DNA from: Shigella phage KNP5
Reading direction: 5' to 3' (one strand)
Sequence record: KX452698
DNA length: 64,000 bases
Shown here: piece by piece, positions 1 through 12,161 of the stretch
Position numbering within the stretch: position 1 is the stretch's first letter
Layout: every line of letters begins with the position of its first letter
Notes under the pieces: model-generated
The model's input: the letters and a program-made list of their open reading frames with translations, nothing else
Database searches by the model: none
Told to the model about the DNA's origin: nothing
Made by a program: the position numbers and the translations under genes

Positions 1-488
1 AATATTTCACTCGCGTGGTCGCAGTGGTGAGCGAGATCGTCAATATAACAAATTACGTTATATTTCTCTTTTGCCTTTTTAAACAACTCTTCTTTTGAAG
101 AATCATGACCACACATCATTACTTCTGAGAAGGCACCAGGAAAAAGAGCATTCAAATTAAATTGACGATTCAGCAGAGCGTCAATAGAATCACCCAATGC
201 TGTAACAGCCACAAAATTATAATCTTCTTTTAGTTTGTTAATTACACACAGGGCATCTTTATACGGAGACAAGTAACGAATAAAATCTGATCGATTGTAT
301 TTTTCAATTAACTTGACGCCAAGTTCTTCATCACAATTAAAGAGTTTACCTGGAGAAATAAATTTCTCATCTTGGATCATTTTTAAAATATGTTCTAACG
401 GAAGATTATATTTCTGAGCAAAATAAGGAAGTCCTGATTGCCAGCTTAAACATACTCCATCAATATCAGTTAAAATAGTAGGCTTCAT
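1..488 (-). CDS. HAD-superfamily hydrolase-like protein, partial (C-terminus runs off window start)
   Basis: Minus-strand frame open from ATG at 486-488 to position 1; N-terminus MKPTILTDIDGV (HAD motif I DxDG) and later YIDDL motif; not in ORF track because no stop in window. Confidence 0.5.
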   Translation of the reverse strand, partial: MKPTILTDIDGVCLSWQSGLPYFAQKYNLPLEHILKMIQDEKFISPGKLFNCDEELGVKLIEKYNRSDFIRYLSPYKDALCVINKLKEDYNFVAVTALGDSIDALLNRQFNLNALFPGAFSEVMMCGHDSSKEELFKKAKEKYNVICYIDDLAHHCDHASEI

Positions 489-943
489 AGAGAGTCTCTT
501 AATAGGTTTAACACATCAATAAATTCAGCTTCGGTTAGTATTGTATCATCTTTTGTTAGACCACTAGCCACACTGTGCTTCAAAACTTTTCCTTTCGAGG
601 CTTGTAATGCATCACGAAAGCCCTTGTTTTGGATCGCTGCTTCAAAATATGCATTTGTGTATAGCTCTTTCCACGCCAGTGAATATCTTGAAAACGGAAC
701 TCCAAGCCAGAAGAGGGTCCCACGGTCCTGAGCTCTAGCATAAGACCTTCCAGCTTGTTGAGCGACAAGCCCGGATAACCCAAATATACGTCTTTGCTGT
801 TCAACATTTTTCACCTTACACCCTTGGAGGAATCCTTCGAGACCTCCAAATTGGATACCATCCATAACAAAAGGCCATTGGGCGAAATTACTTAGTGCAC
901 ATGATGGCCATCTAAAATTGCTTCTTATCTCCAACTCAGACAT
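485..943 (-). CDS. hypothetical protein, 152 aa (gene 30.x region)
   Basis: ORF track; ATGA stop/start overlap with downstream gene; same strand as neighbouring early genes. Confidence 0.5.
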   Translation of the reverse strand: MSELEIRSNFRWPSCALSNFAQWPFVMDGIQFGGLEGFLQGCKVKNVEQQRRIFGLSGLVAQQAGRSYARAQDRGTLFWLGVPFSRYSLAWKELYTNAYFEAAIQNKGFRDALQASKGKVLKHSVASGLTKDDTILTEAEFIDVLNLLRDSL

Positions 944-1151
944 CTTTAATACTTATAATTTCAACATCAGCCCAATGACCGTAACCCGGTAAACGGTCTT
1001 CAATAGATAATCCGCCATCATATTTAAGCATTTTAATTGTCATAATATACGGCTCTAAATGGTCTTCAGTGAGCGGAGAGACATCAGTCACGCGATAAGT
1101 AACTTCGACCATTTCCGTGCCAAGTAATTTCTGGATTAATTTCTTAAACAT
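936..1151 (-). CDS. hypothetical protein, 71 aa
   Basis: ORF track; tightly packed in minus-strand early cluster. Confidence 0.45.
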   Translation of the reverse strand: MFKKLIQKLLGTEMVEVTYRVTDVSPLTEDHLEPYIMTIKMLKYDGGLSIEDRLPGYGHWADVEIISIKDV

Positions 1152-1155
1152 TTCA

Positions 1156-1443
1156 TTAAAACCTCATCTGAAAACCGTGCGATTTAACATTACCGCCGCC
1201 AATATCAGAAATGTTAATTTCACGCGCAATTGAAGGGTCAATGTCAATTTCACGATTGAGTTTAGCGATAGCTAAAGTATCGCGCCCATTTACTGTACGG
1301 AACTCTAAAGGGCAGACTACATTAACGTAGTTTTTAATCGATTCACTGGTAGGTTGTAAATGAGCAGGAAGGTCTTTAGGCGCTTTAGAGAAAACTACTT
1401 CACAGAAATTTTTGCGGGTGTCAAAATAAGTAGTCATAAACAT
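1156..1443 (-). CDS. hypothetical protein, 95 aa
   Basis: ORF track; SD-like GAGGAAAA upstream of ATG. Confidence 0.45.
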   Translation of the reverse strand: MFMTTYFDTRKNFCEVVFSKAPKDLPAHLQPTSESIKNYVNVVCPLEFRTVNGRDTLAIAKLNREIDIDPSIAREINISDIGGGNVKSHGFQMRF

Positions 1444-1484
1444 AGTATTTTCCTCAGTAAGGGGCCGAAGCCCCTCATTTTATT

Positions 1485-1862
1485 TTAAATATCAAATTCG
1501 TTAAGAACTACATCAAAGATTGCTTCAAGATGCTCAGGTTTAGCTCTGTTACTCAGAATATGACGAATCCAAGTTTTAACCAAAAGCTTGCGATTAACGC
1601 CATTCCAGCAAGGATGAGTCCCTAAATCGCGTTGACGAAAATCATCATCCAAAGCGATTTTGAAGTTGGAACCTTCCATTGTGATTGAAACCGTGATGCC
1701 ATTTTCAAATCGCATATAAACGTAGTTAGGAGTCATGCACTGTTCAATTTCGCATACTGATCCATTTTGATGTTTCCAAAGGCAAATAGTATCAATAGAA
1801 CCTGCAATACCATTAGAAACATATTTACGTTCAAAGTTGATGTAGTTCATTTTATTCTCCAA
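1485..1862 (-). CDS. hypothetical protein, 125 aa
   Basis: ORF track; early-promoter-like motif upstream at about 1880-1915. Confidence 0.5.
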   Translation of the reverse strand: MENKMNYINFERKYVSNGIAGSIDTICLWKHQNGSVCEIEQCMTPNYVYMRFENGITVSITMEGSNFKIALDDDFRQRDLGTHPCWNGVNRKLLVKTWIRHILSNRAKPEHLEAIFDVVLNEFDI

Positions 1863-1879
1863 GATGTTTAATTGCGGTA

Positions 1880-1915
1880 CAGGTATATAATATCATATCC
1901 TGTACCAAAGTAAAC
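1880..1915 (-). promoter_or_regulatory. T4-type early promoter
   Basis: Minus-strand TTTAC -35 and TATAT-type -10 flanked by inverted repeat GGTACAGG/CCTGTACC. Confidence 0.45.
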
Positions 1916-1917
1916 AA

Positions 1918-2250
1918 TTATTTTACTACTTTCCAGTGCTGCATGTCAAGTTTACCAACTTTTTTCATCTTCTCAATTAAGCGTTCGGCACGTTGGCGAG
2001 CTGTAACATAATACCATTCACCTAATTCATTTTGTTCAATTTTTCCAACGATTACTGTATTCAATTCATAAATCCAACCAGTAAAGAAATTATGAACTTG
2101 AACTGTAAAGGTGAAATCTGTTCCCATACCTTCTGTTGTTTCTACTTCAATAATATCACCTTCAACTGCCATTAAGAACCACATAGTTTCATCGTATTTA
2201 CCATTGAAGCATTTAGTTTTAACTGTAGCGTTCAGATTAATCGTTTTCAT
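1918..2250 (-). CDS. hypothetical protein, 110 aa
   Basis: ORF track; preceded by terminator-promoter module at about 2273-2356. Confidence 0.5.
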   Translation of the reverse strand: MKTINLNATVKTKCFNGKYDETMWFLMAVEGDIIEVETTEGMGTDFTFTVQVHNFFTGWIYELNTVIVGKIEQNELGEWYYVTARQRAERLIEKMKKVGKLDMQHWKVVK

Positions 2251-2272
2251 TTTATTCTCCTTTGTTTGTGTA

Positions 2273-2307
2273 AGATAATACTATCACAAAGGAACCATAC
2301 TGTAAAC
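2273..2307 (-). promoter_or_regulatory. T4-type early promoter (GTTTAC ... TAGTATTAT)
   Basis: Minus-strand GTTTAC -35 with 17 nt spacer to extended -10; sits just downstream of hairpin terminator. Confidence 0.55.
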
Positions 2308-2325
2308 AACTTTGTGCAATCTTTG

Positions 2326-2356
2326 GAAAATAAAAAAGGACTCCCGAAGGAGTCCT
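2326..2356 (-). terminator. rho-independent terminator
   Basis: Hairpin GGACTCC-TTCG-GGAGTCC followed by TTTTTTATTTT on minus strand. Confidence 0.6.
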
Positions 2357-2360
2357 CAAC

Positions 2361-2537
2361 TTATGCTTTCTGCTTACCAAAACGAGAAGCATCATCTCGA
2401 AGAACCGCACGTGCTCGGCGCATGATCTTCTCAACAGTTTGATTGATACGAGAGTTCGACCCACGCTTGTAACCAGCGCGTTTAGAATCACCAACTTTCT
2501 TTTCAACTGCTTTCTTTGCTTTAGCTTGTTTTGCCAT
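2361..2537 (-). CDS. small lysine-rich basic protein, about 58 aa (start trimmed to MAKQAKAKK)
   Basis: ORF track 2361..2579 trimmed to internal ATG; followed by hairpin plus T-run terminator; competing ORF 2252..2506 lies over regulatory sequence. Confidence 0.4.
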   Translation of the reverse strand: MAKQAKAKKAVEKKVGDSKRAGYKRGSNSRINQTVEKIMRRARAVLRDDASRFGKQKA

Positions 2538-2934
2538 TATAAATTCTCTTTTAAATGAAAATGCAGGACTTATTGGCATTGCCTGCGAAAGCCCTCAAGG
2601 GGTACTTAGGTTTTGAATATTTACCGACAGGATAACCATAAACCTCGTCAACATACCTTATAGCTCTTATCTGTTGCACACCGTTAGCTTAAAGGTTCCG
2701 GGTTCGATTTCTCGAGGATAAGATATATACTGATGGATATATAGGCCTTGAGGCGTACTCCCGATTAGCCATCACCTCGGGGTAGCATGCACTTGCCGCT
2801 ATAAGAATAACATTCAAGAGGTACACCGTAAAACTGCCGGGGTCTTAAAACTATAATGATTCGCAAATCATTAATCAGACAGTTCGACGGCTCCTCGTTT
2901 TAACTTCACACTAAGGCAGTGACTCTCCAATAAA

Positions 2935-3183
2935 TTACTTCAGTGTTACCACAAAGTGACGAACTGCTTTTCGTGCAGCAGAAGCCAGAGGCTTAGCATA
3001 TTTAAGTTCATCTTTTTCCTGAAGCTCAGCGGCTAATGCAGTTTGAGCAGGATTCAGATGTTTGAAATAACGCAGGATTTCAAGAGCTTCGGCTTCAACA
3101 TCAATAGATGCGCCATAGTTTTCGTGACCATTATTCCATGCGTTTCGTTGCAGTTCAAGAGCGTGTTGTAATTGTTTAATCAT
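2935..3183 (-). CDS. rIII: lysis inhibition accessory protein rIII
   Basis: 82 aa, matches size and position (between 30.x genes and 31) of T4 rIII. Confidence 0.75.
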   Translation of the reverse strand: MIKQLQHALELQRNAWNNGHENYGASIDVEAEALEILRYFKHLNPAQTALAAELQEKDELKYAKPLASAARKAVRHFVVTLK

Positions 3184-3322
3184 TTAAAAATTCTCGTTAG
3201 AGATTAAAACTCGGTAGTCACGTTCTTCTGAATTTCATCTTCTTTCGACAGATCTCTCAGTTGTAGACTACCACGTAGAATTGTTCGGTTAACTTATTAT
3301 TCCGACACCCAATTCATATTAT

Positions 3323-3330
3323 TATTTATA
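3323..3330 (-). promoter_or_regulatory. late promoter-like TATAAATA upstream of rIII
   Basis: Plus-strand TATTTATA just downstream of gene 31 stop. Confidence 0.4.
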
Positions 3331-3666
3331 TCACTTATAAAGACACGGAATAGCTTTATAGTGACAGGTAACGAATTTTTGTTTAATTTCTTTTGGCTGC
3401 TTAAGTCCCAAGGCTACAAAAGGATGCGGAACGTTTCGAATTTGACCAACTGGAAGAGAAGTCAAATCACCAACTTCGCAGAAACCTTCAGGAACATCAG
3501 GACCAACAGAGTGAACTACACACAGTTCAGGAACTTCACCTTGAACACGTTTACCGATAATAAGTCCTGATTCTGTAACTTCTTCATCACCGGCTTGTGC
3601 AGGTTCAGAAACTAAAATAACATATTCACCGACAGCACGAATTGGTAGCTGTTGTACTTCAGACAT
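3331..3666 (-). CDS. 31: GroES-like co-chaperonin gp31
   Basis: 111 aa, sequence [29 protein letters not shown] matches T4 gp31 as recalled; position upstream of cd. Confidence 0.9.
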
Positions 3667-3722
3667 CGTTTTTCCTTTTTGTTAACAGATGAATTAATAA
3701 TAACAAATAATTCTTAAAGCAT

Positions 3723-4031
3723 TTATTTACCAATAAATTGGAGCAAATGCTCAACTTTCATACCATTAACGGAAATCAATTTGTCAATAGAAAAACCTCG
3801 CCATGCACCAAGCTCAACATCAAATACTGGAATCATATCAGTAGATTCTTTCCGAGCAGATTCAGTCAATTTACCAGTTTGCATGGTTGGCATAAAGTCC
3901 GCATCACGAGTGCCTTTCATAGTACGAATAGTACCATCAGACTTTTCAAAAACTACATTTGAAATACCCATGGACAATTTAGTTTTCAAAATTTCACGAA
4001 TTGCTACTTTTTGTTCAGTCGTTAGTTTCAT
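3723..4031 (-). CDS. hypothetical protein, 102 aa (31.1-like by position)
   Basis: ORF track; between 31 and cd as in T4. Confidence 0.5.
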   Translation of the reverse strand: MKLTTEQKVAIREILKTKLSMGISNVVFEKSDGTIRTMKGTRDADFMPTMQTGKLTESARKESTDMIPVFDVELGAWRGFSIDKLISVNGMKVEHLLQFIGK

Positions 4032-4268
4032 TTATTTACCTATCACAGTTTTAATATGAGTTGTTCCACGTTCTTTAAGAGTGGAAAGCAATTTTTGGCA
4101 TTTTTCTAAATCAGATTTCCAACTATACGGCCTATCAATACTAGTCCAATCAGTTTTATAATACTGTTTCCATTTAGAGAAAAAATATTTCTTATACTCT
4201 ACAGCAAATGAAATGTTCTCGTTAGAATAAGAACTAATTGCTGTGAGCTGTACCAAACGAAATTTCAT
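4032..4268 (-). CDS. hypothetical protein, 78 aa (31.2-like by position)
   Basis: ORF track; abuts cd stop. Confidence 0.5.
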   Translation of the reverse strand: MKFRLVQLTAISSYSNENISFAVEYKKYFFSKWKQYYKTDWTSIDRPYSWKSDLEKCQKLLSTLKERGTTHIKTVIGK

Positions 4269-4849
4269 TATTCACCACAGAATTCGTTGATATTTTCCCA
4301 GTTTAACTTATTCAAGTTTTTCTTAGGAACATTAAACACTTCAATACCTGCATTTCGCAGAATATCATCCCAGCCAGGTTTATTTTTATCGTATGTTTCG
4401 CAATAAACCAGCTTTTTAATTCCAGATTGAGCTATCGCTTTTGCACAATCTGGGCAAGGAGAAAGTGTTACATACATAGTAGCACCTTCAATTGAAGAAC
4501 CGTTTCGTGCAGCAAACAAAATCGCATTTAGTTCAGCATGAATTTCATTTTTAGACGACCATTCAGAGTGAGCGCTACGGTGTTCTTTCGCCAAGACAAA
4601 ACGATCAGTTGAACCAAATGATACACATTCAGGCTTATGACCTTGAATGATAGTATGTTTAGGCTTATTCAGCAACCAACCTTGCTCGGCAGCATAATCA
4701 CAACAGTTCACACCCCCGGCAGGTGAACCATTATATCCAGTAGAAATAATACGTCCATTCTTTTCAATTACTGCTCCTACCTTCCAGGAGCAACATTTTG
4801 ATTCTTGTGATACTAAATATGCAATTTGAAGTACTGTACTCGCTTTCAT
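4268..4849 (-). CDS. cd: dCMP deaminase
   Basis: 193 aa; cytidine/dCMP deaminase zinc motifs HAELNAI and SPCPDCAK; T4 cd size and position. Confidence 0.9.
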   Translation of the reverse strand: MKASTVLQIAYLVSQESKCCSWKVGAVIEKNGRIISTGYNGSPAGGVNCCDYAAEQGWLLNKPKHTIIQGHKPECVSFGSTDRFVLAKEHRSAHSEWSSKNEIHAELNAILFAARNGSSIEGATMYVTLSPCPDCAKAIAQSGIKKLVYCETYDKNKPGWDDILRNAGIEVFNVPKKNLNKLNWENINEFCGE

Positions 4850-5184
4850 TTCATAATCACCAGATAAGCAGATTTAGCAGTTTCAACACGATAAATTTCG
4901 TGACGAAGTTTAGTTATACTTTTAATAACAGAACTAATTATATTCTGCCCATCTTTAAAGCGGTTTTTCTTATCAATAAAAATTGCGCCAACCATCTTTT
5001 TGTGAAGCTCAACTGGATACTTCGTCACAATAATAGCATCATACACAGAAGGATGAATACTATTCACTAGAGTATCATTCATTAAAGTTATTCTAATGAA
5101 CTGTGCTGTTTCAGAATCAAGCGCTCTATGATCGCCAGTATCATTTTCAAGACAATTATCAATTATATCAGTTAAATTCATCAT
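4846..5184 (-). CDS. hypothetical protein, 112 aa (cd.1-like by position)
   Basis: ORF track; ATGA-type overlap with cd. Confidence 0.5.
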   Translation of the reverse strand: MMNLTDIIDNCLENDTGDHRALDSETAQFIRITLMNDTLVNSIHPSVYDAIIVTKYPVELHKKMVGAIFIDKKNRFKDGQNIISSVIKSITKLRHEIYRVETAKSAYLVIMK

Positions 5185-5417
5185 AGTACGCCATACACCC
5201 TTTGTGCTTCAACTAATCCATCAAAATCCAATTTGAGATGTGTTATTTGGTCACCATCACCTGGATTCACAATTACTAATACTGAACGAGGAGTTTCGGT
5301 AATAACGCGAACCGATGTTTCTGGAAATCGTTCAGAAACCTTATTTACCAATTCCTGAGCAAATAGTTTAACTTTTTCTTGGAATTCTTTAACAGTAATT
5401 GGTTTTTCACTTAGCAT
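5181..5417 (-). CDS. hypothetical protein, 78 aa (cd.2-like)
   Basis: ORF track; overlapping stop/start with neighbours. Confidence 0.5.
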   Translation of the reverse strand: MLSEKPITVKEFQEKVKLFAQELVNKVSERFPETSVRVITETPRSVLVIVNPGDGDQITHLKLDFDGLVEAQRVYGVL

Positions 5418-5938
5418 GTTGATCCCAGCTCCTTACTTTCAACGTTTTTAACTAATTTGACAGAAACTAATTCGGCATCTTGGGTAATCATTACCGGGCC
5501 TTCTTTATACTCTTCAAGATATTCTAGAGCTTTCTTTTTAGCTTCTTCCTTCGTATCAGTTTGAGCATAGATATAAAACATACAACCAGTAATACCTACT
5601 ACTTTCCACTTAATTTCTTTATCAGTTTTAATTTCAAATTTACTGACAGAATCATCTTTTTGAACTTCTTCGAAAAAAGAATATTCTAACATATAAGCAA
5701 TTGAAAATAACGGGCTAACTTTATAGGATTCGCCCATTACATCAACAGCTTTATACCAGCGGTCATCAATTTCGCGTTTAATGCTAATAACATTTTTCGC
5801 AGGATCTATTTTTACTTTAAATGAATTTTCCCCAATAAACTGAGCAATTCGTTTATTGGCCCCACAAGTTTCATTAAAAATATCTTTATATCCAGCTTTA
5901 AAACGATAAACCTTATCTTCTTCAAACCATTCGCTCAT
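5411..5938 (-). CDS. hypothetical protein, 175 aa (cd.3-like)
   Basis: ORF track; early promoter motif upstream at about 5964-5998. Confidence 0.5.
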   Translation of the reverse strand: MSEWFEEDKVYRFKAGYKDIFNETCGANKRIAQFIGENSFKVKIDPAKNVISIKREIDDRWYKAVDVMGESYKVSPLFSIAYMLEYSFFEEVQKDDSVSKFEIKTDKEIKWKVVGITGCMFYIYAQTDTKEEAKKKALEYLEEYKEGPVMITQDAELVSVKLVKNVESKELGSTC

Positions 5939-5963
5939 TTCAATTTCCTCATTTGTTTTGGTA

Positions 5964-5998
5964 GAGCTATAATATCACAACTCTACCATAAAGTAAAC
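5964..5998 (-). promoter_or_regulatory. T4-type early promoter
   Basis: Minus-strand GTTTAC and TATTATAG -10 flanked by inverted repeat. Confidence 0.5.
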
Positions 5999-6000
5999 CA

Positions 6001-6282
6001 TTAAATTGCTTTGAATTCTGATGTCTGTGATTCAAAGCGAATATCGCCTTTGATGACTAGCTCAGCATCAAGACCAAATACGACAATGATATGCGCGGAA
6101 CCCGGATACAGCGTAATTGCAATAGAATCCACCTGGTCTGGAAGCAAAGTGTTCAATACATGAGTCACTTGAGCATGAATTCGAAGCTCAGCTGCATTAT
6201 CAAGCTTTTCAAACATATTATTAGCGATAATTTGACTAAACACTACTTCTACGATTTTAGAATAAGTCGGAAACATATTCAC
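6001..6282 (-). CDS. hypothetical protein, 93 aa (cd.4-like)
   Basis: ORF track. Confidence 0.5.
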   Translation of the reverse strand: MNMFPTYSKIVEVVFSQIIANNMFEKLDNAAELRIHAQVTHVLNTLLPDQVDSIAITLYPGSAHIIVVFGLDAELVIKGDIRFESQTSEFKAI

Positions 6283-6479
6283 CCCACATAATTTTCTTCA
6301 AGCCAATTAATAACATCCAACGCATTATCAAAAGTTGAACCATCTACTATGTCTTCTGTTTCATAATCAAGAATATCTAAGTCTATTCTTCCATCAACAA
6401 TAGGCCATAAACAAAATAGATATTTCTTTTCTTTTTCAATTTTATCGCAAAGTTGATAAATCTTTTCTATGTTATTCAT
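6279..6479 (-). CDS. hypothetical protein, 66 aa (cd.5-like)
   Basis: ORF track; overlapping stop/start with 6001..6282. Confidence 0.5.
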   Translation of the reverse strand: MNNIEKIYQLCDKIEKEKKYLFCLWPIVDGRIDLDILDYETEDIVDGSTFDNALDVINWLEENYVG

Positions 6480-6667
6480 AAGTTTTCCATGGTAAAGGCA
6501 GTTTAGTTTTCTTTACTGTTAGTTCAACATCAGGATTCTTTTCTCTTAATTTAAGGCATTCCTCCCAAGCTCTGATTTCACTAGTGAATACACAAAATTG
6601 CCATTACTAGTACCAACTAAACCGCTATTTACAATAACAATAGACCAAGTTTCATGATGCCACGCCA

Positions 6668-7893
<1,226 letters not shown>

Positions 7894-7896
7894 TTA

Positions 7897-8127
7897 TTAT
7901 TTCTCAACCAATGATTGAATATAATCATGCAGGTCTTTAGATGCTTTACCCCACTTATTTTGATATTCATTTTTAAGATTAGCACGTGATTGAGCTAATA
8001 AAACATCATTAGTTGGAGGTAAAGATTCTAACCGTTGAATCTGGCGTCCGTAAATCATTGCAGCCATCTCGGATTCATAAATCAATCCTTTGAGATGTTC
8101 AAATTGGTGCCATGAAATCATTTGCAT
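7897..8127 (-). CDS. hypothetical protein, 76 aa
   Basis: ORF track. Confidence 0.45.
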   Translation of the reverse strand: MQMISWHQFEHLKGLIYESEMAAMIYGRQIQRLESLPPTNDVLLAQSRANLKNEYQNKWGKASKDLHDYIQSLVEK

Positions 8128-8417
8128 TTATCCTCTTTTAACTCTTGACGATAATAACATATCATAGTTTTCTGATCATGTACATATCGTTTTACATCAT
8201 TAAGCCAAATACGAAATTCCTGGGAATCTTCGAATGGCATACCGACCCAAGCTTTACCATCAATAACTTTAACTTGCCAAGATAGTTTAGCTTCATCGTA
8301 TGACTTTATTTGTACTGGCCAATTAGGATGAACTGTTTCTTTCTTTACTTCTAGAGGCTTTGTCGAACAACCAACTAGAAGACCAATAGATAATATTACT
8401 GCTGATAGTTTAATCAT
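8118..8417 (-). CDS. putative lipoprotein, 99 aa
   Basis: N-terminal signal with lipobox-like LLVGC. Confidence 0.5.
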   Translation of the reverse strand: MIKLSAVILSIGLLVGCSTKPLEVKKETVHPNWPVQIKSYDEAKLSWQVKVIDGKAWVGMPFEDSQEFRIWLNDVKRYVHDQKTMICYYRQELKEDKCK

Positions 8418-8767
8418 TTAGAAAGGTCCTGGATGTCTTCTGCGAACTTGTTGAAGGAGTTGTTGATTTGTTTTTCAACCAATCCTGGCTTATGAGCCAC
8501 CACATCCGCCTTCTTTGCGTCTTTGCGCAGTTTTTCATTTTCACGCTCAATAGCAGCAATTGCCTCACGATTTTTATTATTCATCGCATCAATATAATTA
8601 TACTGAATTCGCAAATTATTTAATGCTAAAGCGTTTTCATTGGCCGTTTTTGTAATTTCTACAACAGACGTTTCCAATCTTTCAATTTTATTTTTTAAAA
8701 TTAAAGAAGTTCCGCCCAATGCAATTACAATTAATAGCAAGCCTGCTGTTGTATTACTTAATTGCAT
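8414..8767 (-). CDS. membrane-anchored coiled-coil protein, 117 aa
   Basis: N-terminal hydrophobic helix followed by heptad-rich sequence. Confidence 0.5.
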   Translation of the reverse strand: MQLSNTTAGLLLIVIALGGTSLILKNKIERLETSVVEITKTANENALALNNLRIQYNYIDAMNNKNREAIAAIERENEKLRKDAKKADVVAHKPGLVEKQINNSFNKFAEDIQDLSK

Positions 8768-9261
8768 AAAGTTTTAATAACCTCTATAATATCGTCTTGA
8801 GAAAGACCGTTAATTAAAATATGATGTTCAGCAGGAGATTTAGAAATTTTAAAACATGCCTCAACATCTTCTGCCATATCCGATGCGCTACGATTTGGAT
8901 TACTAATTCCAAGACGATGTTTTCCCGTTAAAGGATTGACGATGATATAGCATTTACAGTTGTTAATATGAACATTAGGTTGAGTCTGATTAATGAACAC
9001 ATCACAATCATATTTCGCAAGCTGATTTTCTAAAAAGACTTTCATCTCCTCAACCGCATCAGGAAGCATATCACGGGCTTGCTCAAGACGACGATTTCGA
9101 TATTCTTTAATGGTCGTTTTCCGCTTTACTTGCTTAGCTAAATCTTTCTTAAGATCGGTGATATATCCAACTCGACGATTTCCTTTAAATACAGAAATCC
9201 CATCTGTAGTATCACCGTATGCTTCAACGACCATCTCAGTAGTAATAAGCTGCAAATCCAT
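8758..9261 (-). CDS. alc: Alc, inhibitor of host transcription elongation on cytosine DNA
   Basis: 167 aa from MDLQ; size and position between pseT.x genes and rnlA as in T4; sequence not independently recalled. Confidence 0.7.
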   Translation of the reverse strand: MDLQLITTEMVVEAYGDTTDGISVFKGNRRVGYITDLKKDLAKQVKRKTTIKEYRNRRLEQARDMLPDAVEEMKVFLENQLAKYDCDVFINQTQPNVHINNCKCYIIVNPLTGKHRLGISNPNRSASDMAEDVEACFKISKSPAEHHILINGLSQDDIIEVIKTLCN

Positions 9262-9287
9262 CATAAAGTCCTCATGTTATGTCAGTA

Positions 9288-9322
9288 ATACTACTATAAC
9301 ACAACACGAGGGACTTGTAAAC
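9288..9322 (-). promoter_or_regulatory. T4-type early promoter upstream of alc
   Basis: Minus-strand GTTTAC -35 and TATAGT -10. Confidence 0.45.
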
Positions 9323-9325
9323 AGC

Positions 9326-10913
<1,588 letters not shown>

Positions 10914-10935
10914 AATAAAATGGGCCTTGCGGCCC
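10914..10935 (-). terminator. hairpin with T-run between nrdB and denA
   Basis: GGGCC-GCAA-GGCCC then ATTTTATT immediately before denA ATG. Confidence 0.4.
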
Positions 10936-10940
10936 ACTCC

Positions 10941-12110
10941 TTAAAAATATTTTTTAAAACTCATCATAACTTTATCATCAACATCATTATCAATCTGTGC
11001 TACAAGGTAAGATGACAGTTCTACTTCTTGTGGCGCGGATTGAACATTATCAGAATTAAGATATTCACGAATCCAAGGATACGGATGTTTAACCGGAGCA
11101 TCGGTAATTGGGCATGGAAGACCGCACTGTTTCATACGAGATACAGTTAAGTAATCAATAAAGCTCCACATGCTATTTGTATTTAATCCAGGAACATCGC
11201 CATCTTTAAATAAATGAACTGCCCAGTCTTTTTCTTGACGGTTAACTTCCATGAAAATATCAACTGCTTCTTGTTCACACTCTTGAGCAATTTTAACCCA
11301 TTCATCCCCATCAGTGCCAAGTTGAAGTTGACGAATAATATATTGGGTGCCTTTAAGGTGAAGCTGCTCATCACGAGCAATGAACTTCATAATCTTGGCA
11401 TTACCTTCCATGATTTCCATGTTTTTATGGAAGTTAAAGGTACATGCGAAAGATACATAAAAACGAATAGCTTCCAATGCGTTGATTACATGAAGGCAAA
11501 GATAAAGAGATTTCATTAGTGCTCGTTTAGTACATTCAACAACTTTGCCTAGCTCTTCTTTACGAAATCCTTCTGATAAAATTCCTTCATAATCTTCAAC
11601 CGCATTCTGATATTCACGAGTCTTAACTAGAACATCATCGTAATAGCGACCAATGGACTCGGCACGTTTCATAATAGCTTTATCTAATACAATCTCATCA
11701 AACACTTTTGACGGATCAGTATAAAGATTTCGCATAATATGAGTGTATGAACGGCTGTGAATAGTTTCACTAAAAGTCCATGTAGCAACCCATGTATCAA
11801 GGCTTGGGTCTGAAATTAATGACATAAGTACAGCAGAAGGTGCACGACCCTGAATGCTATCTAGAAGTGATTGATACTTCAGGTTATTAGTAAAAATATC
11901 TTGCTGATGCTGAGGAAGCTTATTAAATTGTGCAGCATCCATCATCAAGTTTACTTCTTCAGGACGCCAGAAAAATGACAACTGCTTTTCAGTTAAATCT
12001 TCAAAAACTTTATGACGTTGAATATCATAACGCGCAATACCAAGACCTGAACCGAAGAACATGGGTTCTTTTAAAACATCAACTGGATTTGTATTAAAAA
12101 CTGTGCTCAT
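10941..12110 (-). CDS. nrdB: ribonucleotide reductase small subunit
   Basis: 389 aa single ORF with class I RNR beta di-iron ligand pattern; no intron interruption. Confidence 0.92.
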   Translation of the reverse strand: MSTVFNTNPVDVLKEPMFFGSGLGIARYDIQRHKVFEDLTEKQLSFFWRPEEVNLMMDAAQFNKLPQHQQDIFTNNLKYQSLLDSIQGRAPSAVLMSLISDPSLDTWVATWTFSETIHSRSYTHIMRNLYTDPSKVFDEIVLDKAIMKRAESIGRYYDDVLVKTREYQNAVEDYEGILSEGFRKEELGKVVECTKRALMKSLYLCLHVINALEAIRFYVSFACTFNFHKNMEIMEGNAKIMKFIARDEQLHLKGTQYIIRQLQLGTDGDEWVKIAQECEQEAVDIFMEVNRQEKDWAVHLFKDGDVPGLNTNSMWSFIDYLTVSRMKQCGLPCPITDAPVKHPYPWIREYLNSDNVQSAPQEVELSSYLVAQIDNDVDDKVMMSFKKYF

Positions 12111-12161
12111 AAATTTTCCGCTTAGTTAATAGATAGTGACTCGTCCGTGAGTCAAATTATA

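Noticed and set aside
2252-2506. 84-aa minus-strand ORF from the track
   Set aside because: It overlaps the hairpin terminator and early promoter at 2273-2356 and is out of frame with the better-supported lysine-rich ORF; likely spurious.
2690-2720. tRNA-like T-loop sequence GGTTCGATTTC in the ORF-free region
   Set aside because: Could not fold flanking sequence into acceptor/T-stem pairing on either strand; T4 tRNA genes map elsewhere. Left only as part of the non-coding region finding.
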